Source: Dehalococcoidia bacterium
GTDB taxonomy: Bacteria; Chloroflexota; Dehalococcoidia; Lucifugimonadales; CATQGZ01
DNA: 64,000 nucleotides
Assembly: GCA_965223945.1 (NCBI GenBank)
Contig: CBDCXW010000003.1
Coordinates: forward strand, 30,841 to 94,840
Reading direction: 5' to 3'
The notes beneath the pieces were generated by a model. The model made no database searches. It was given only the letters and a program-made list of their open reading frames with translations, and had not been told where the DNA came from. Shown here piece by piece: positions 60,559 through 64,000 of this stretch (positions are counted from its first letter, which is position 1; every line of letters begins with the position of its first letter). The position numbers and the translations under genes were made by a program.

Positions 60559-60828
60559 ATGAACAACTGGATGAGCGCACTTGCGCATCACTACGAGAAG
60601 ACCAGGGAACGCTACCCTGGCGAGAAGCTGCTGATCATGTTCGACATCGATGGCACGATCATCGATACACGGTACATGATTCTCCACGGACTCGGGCCGT
60701 GCTGCTGGAGCCGCGGGTCAATCACATCTGACTTCAACTTCCCGAACTGGCAGTACTACGGACGAGGCTCAGGCGAGAACGGATCAACCTACGAGTACTC
60801 GATGAGACGGATTCGGCAGTCGGCATAG
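60559..60828 (+). pseudogene. HAD-like gene, apparently internally deleted
   Basis: FDIDGTI motif I only, in an 89-aa ORF. Confidence 0.55.
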
Positions 60829-61002
60829 TGATTGAGGGAGCCTATATTGTGACTGTATGCACAATGTTGACAGATCGCGCCGCATGCTCCTAGACTGTCG
60901 CGTCTACGGCAGGAGATGCCGTCCCATCTACTTTTACGAATCGTGTTGCCGTCTGAGGCCCTGCGGTTCGCGGCCAACCAAGGCAGACCGTGAAAAGGGA
61001 GG

Positions 61003-62988
61003 ATGAACATGAAGAGACTGAGTAGCGCACCTATATTGATCGCCCTGTCGATGGTCCTGGTCTCTCTGGCCTGCTCGACCGAGACGGTTAAAGAGATACC
61101 CGTTGAGAAGATCGTGACCCAGGAGGTCGTGAAAGAGATACCCGTTGAGAGGGTGGTCGAGGTCGAAAAGGAGATCGTCAGGACCGTCGAGGTTGAAAAG
61201 CCCGTCGAAGTCATCAGAGAGGTGGTGAAGGAGGTCAGGGTTCCCGGCGAGACGGTGGTGGTCGAGGTTGAGAAGGAGGTCGTCAGGACAGTCGAGGTCG
61301 AAAAGGAGGTCGAAGTCGTCAGAACTGTCGAGGTCGACAGGCCGGTCATAAGGACCCAACTCGTCGTCGCCACTCCCACCGCTATGGCGATGATGTCCAA
61401 GGAAGGGACGATACCCGGCTCGAAGGTCGTCGTATCGCTGGAAACCATCGGCCAGCTTACTAAGGAGCCCAGGTCCCAGATCGCCCTGTACGGTTGTCGT
61501 CCCGGCTGCCTCGTCATCAAGGACGACTTCCTGTTGGTAGACGGCACGTATACCCTGCATCCTCATGTCATCAAGAGCTGGGAGTTCAGCGCTGACACGA
61601 CGAGCTGGACTATGGATATGCAGGAGGGCATTAAGTTCTGGGACGGGAGAGACGCCACAATAGATGACCTGATGTGGAGCATCTTCGATGGCCTCTACCA
61701 GATGGACTCAGCGCCTCTCACCGGGGAGAAGCTGGACGGACGCCCGCTCCGCTGGGGGGTTTCCGCACCTTGGATCGACGCCGTCTCCAGGGAGATCGTC
61801 GACGACGACACCATAGCGGTCCAGTTCCCCGGGCCCACGATCGGCCTCGCGGTCAACTCGCTGACCACGAGGGTCGATAGCGGCGGATTGCGGGATAGCA
61901 AGACGATCATTGAACAGGGGTGGAAGCATTTCCTGGAGAACCCCAACTTCACCGCCGCATACATGCCGACCAAGGAAGTGGCGCAGGAGATAAAGGAGTA
62001 CGAGGCCTGGCCGGACCACTGGAAGTGGCAGCCAGACTTCGAGGTACTGCACCTGTTGGAGGTGCCGGAATCCGCGACCAGGGTCGCCCAGCTGGCGGCG
62101 AAGCAGGCGGACATCGCGGCCATCTCCGCCGTGACCCTGCCCCAGGCGTTGAAGTTAGACCACGTTGGGATCATCGAGCAAAGTAACATATCGATGACCC
62201 AGCACTTCTTCGTCAACGTGTTCCGGCCGGAAGACCCGGGGTACAACAAGGACTGGCCGTTCAACGACATAAGAGTGCGTGAGGCCTTCAACATCGCCAT
62301 CGACCGGGACCTGATCATCGACAGGATCTACAACGGCCGGGTCGTCCGGCAGGATGCCCCCCTCCTAGGGCCCGGCACGCTCGGCTGGAACGAGCCGGAA
62401 GTCCAGGCAATGATAAACGACCCGATCCCTTACGATCCCGCCAGGGCCCGCCAGCTCCTCGAGGAAGCCAACTTCCCGATGGACAAGAAGCTGAAGATCG
62501 TCCAGGGCAACGTCGTGTTCGGCGGCGTGCCTGAGATGAAGGAACTCAACACGGCGATCCTCACTCAGTGGCGCCAAAACCTCGGTCTGGACGTAGAGCT
62601 CGTACTCGGCGACAGGGTCCAGCTATTCGGCCCGCACCGCAACGATAAGCAGGCGATCCCATACGACATATACGGCGGCGAGCAGCATGGGGTGAACCCG
62701 CTTGGGGCCTGGCCGGAGAACTTCTACAAGGACAACGGGTGGAACTTCTTCCTGCCGGCGAAGGACGAGCTGCTGGCGCTCTATACGGCAAAGCAGGACT
62801 CGCTTTACCCGGCCGAGGTTTCAAGGCTCTCCGCCCAGATCTCCAAGTTGGTGCGCGACCAGTGGATGTTCGTACCGATCACAGTCAACCCCCTCTTCTT
62901 CGGAAAGAACAGGGATACGGTCAAGGACTGGCCTCTGGCCCCCGTAAAGTGGCCGCAATACTTTGAGCAAATCACGGCAGTCAGGTAG
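61003..62988 (+). CDS. ABC substrate-binding lipoprotein family 5 with V/E/K repeat stalk
   Basis: Lipobox LAC, VEVEKEV repeats, DIRVREAFNIAIDR, YDPARARQLL. Confidence 0.9.
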   Translation: MNMKRLSSAPILIALSMVLVSLACSTETVKEIPVEKIVTQEVVKEIPVERVVEVEKEIVRTVEVEKPVEVIREVVKEVRVPGETVVVEVEKEVVRTVEVEKEVEVVRTVEVDRPVIRTQLVVATPTAMAMMSKEGTIPGSKVVVSLETIGQLTKEPRSQIALYGCRPGCLVIKDDFLLVDGTYTLHPHVIKSWEFSADTTSWTMDMQEGIKFWDGRDATIDDLMWSIFDGLYQMDSAPLTGEKLDGRPLRWGVSAPWIDAVSREIVDDDTIAVQFPGPTIGLAVNSLTTRVDSGGLRDSKTIIEQGWKHFLENPNFTAAYMPTKEVAQEIKEYEAWPDHWKWQPDFEVLHLLEVPESATRVAQLAAKQADIAAISAVTLPQALKLDHVGIIEQSNISMTQHFFVNVFRPEDPGYNKDWPFNDIRVREAFNIAIDRDLIIDRIYNGRVVRQDAPLLGPGTLGWNEPEVQAMINDPIPYDPARARQLLEEANFPMDKKLKIVQGNVVFGGVPEMKELNTAILTQWRQNLGLDVELVLGDRVQLFGPHRNDKQAIPYDIYGGEQHGVNPLGAWPENFYKDNGWNFFLPAKDELLALYTAKQDSLYPAEVSRLSAQISKLVRDQWMFVPITVNPLFFGKNRDTVKDWPLAPVKWPQYFEQITAVR

Positions 62989-63355
62989 GCTAACGTCCAC
63001 CTCGACCTGTCCGACATAGCTGAAACGAAGCTGCCTCTGTTCCCGGCTGCGAATGCCGGTGGACAGGGGCAGCTTTAGTGTAGGTGGACAGGGTGGATCC
63101 GCCGGTTGCCCGCGGTACCCGCAGCCGACGGACGGGAGGCCTCCCGTCCTCTATTTACGCCGGCACCAAGCCAAGCAGGGCGTACCGTGGTTGTCTGTGA
63201 AGAAGAGCACAATGTTGACAGGTTACGCCGACCGCTCCTAGACTTCGACCGTTCGGCTGTAAGAGACGCTGGCGACCTACTGCCCAAATCGTGCGGGCCG
63301 CCACAGGAACGTTGTCCACCCCCAAGTAAGTCAGACCGTGAGAGGGAGAGTAAAC

Positions 63356-64000
63356 GTGAAGAGACTGAGTAGCGCAACAACACTGATCGGACTGTCTATG
63401 GTCCTGGTCTTGATGGCCTGCTCCACCGAGACCGTCAGAGAGGTGCCTGTAGAAAAGATCGTGACCCAGGAGGTCGTCAGAGAGGTGCCTGTAGAAAAGA
63501 TCGTCGAGGTCGAAAAGGAAGTCGTCAGGACCGTCGAGATCGAAAAGCCCATTGAGGTCATCAAGGAGGTGGTGAAGGAGGTCGAGGTACCCGGCAAGAC
63601 TGTGGTGGTCGAGAAGCCGGTTATAACGACCCAGATCGTCGTCGCCACTCCGACCCCCGCTCCAATTGGGGCAGGGCCCTCAGGTACTCTGGTTGTTGCA
63701 GACGCCGACATAGCCTTCCCGAACATGATCCCATGCAAATTCGCATACAATCCCCAGCAAAACGTCCACCGATGGAGCGTCTTCGACACCGTCTACTACC
63801 ACGGCTTCGAAGAGCCCGGCATCAGCCTGATCGGCCTCGGAGAGTCGTGGTCTTACAACGCCGACCAGACGGTTCTCACTTGGAACACAAAGAAGGGCGT
63901 CGAGTTCGACGGGGGCTGGGGCGAAGTTACTGCCGAGGACTGGCAGTGGTCTTGGGACTCCCAGCACTGCGAAGGGTCGCTCCACTCGGGCATCTTCATC
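63356..64000 (+). CDS. Second family-5 binding lipoprotein paralog (partial)
   Basis: GTG start, near-identical leader KRLSSA..ACSTETV, V/E/K repeats, KKGVEFDGGWGEVTAED; open to the window end. Confidence 0.88.
   Translation, partial: MKRLSSATTLIGLSMVLVLMACSTETVREVPVEKIVTQEVVREVPVEKIVEVEKEVVRTVEIEKPIEVIKEVVKEVEVPGKTVVVEKPVITTQIVVATPTPAPIGAGPSGTLVVADADIAFPNMIPCKFAYNPQQNVHRWSVFDTVYYHGFEEPGISLIGLGESWSYNADQTVLTWNTKKGVEFDGGWGEVTAEDWQWSWDSQHCEGSLHSGIFI

Noticed and set aside
63029-63075. Structured RNA between the binding-protein paralogs
   Set aside because: A single strong hairpin after a stop codon is adequately explained as a terminator or stabiliser

Overview
GC-rich bacterial chromosome segment, most likely Chloroflexota (Dehalococcoidia/SAR202-like). 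That placement is inferred from the V/E/K-repeat ABC binding proteins, a T-box, GAAC-N4-GTTC-type boxes and the REP repertoire. Housekeeping content: a GldAFG-like ABC operon, iscS, trxA, a T-box-controlled trpS-trpE-trpG-(amidohydrolase)-trpD-trpC-trpF operon, queCE, an AceE-like E1, plsY, xseB, rpiB, rnpB, pstS-aquaporin-arsC, and two family-5 binding proteins. Mobile DNA is abundant: IS5, an IS21 with a nested IS110, two IS1380 copies, an ISAs1-ended cassette, three MITE families and many REP hairpins. The best candidate for an undescribed system is an orphan gene pair with no portal, capsid or tail genes nearby: a terminase-large-subunit-like gene with an altered Walker B, and a protein with three small-terminase-like repeats. 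Each gene has its own LexA-box promoter, and a locus-specific hairpin motif occurs five times around them. Dispersed non-coding elements carry 11-bp-phased TGTCTC arrays, two of them behind similar LexA-box promoters. Also notable are a readable IS110 bridge-RNA donor loop and a serine recombinase lacking its catalytic serine. All calls were made by eye; no database searches were run.
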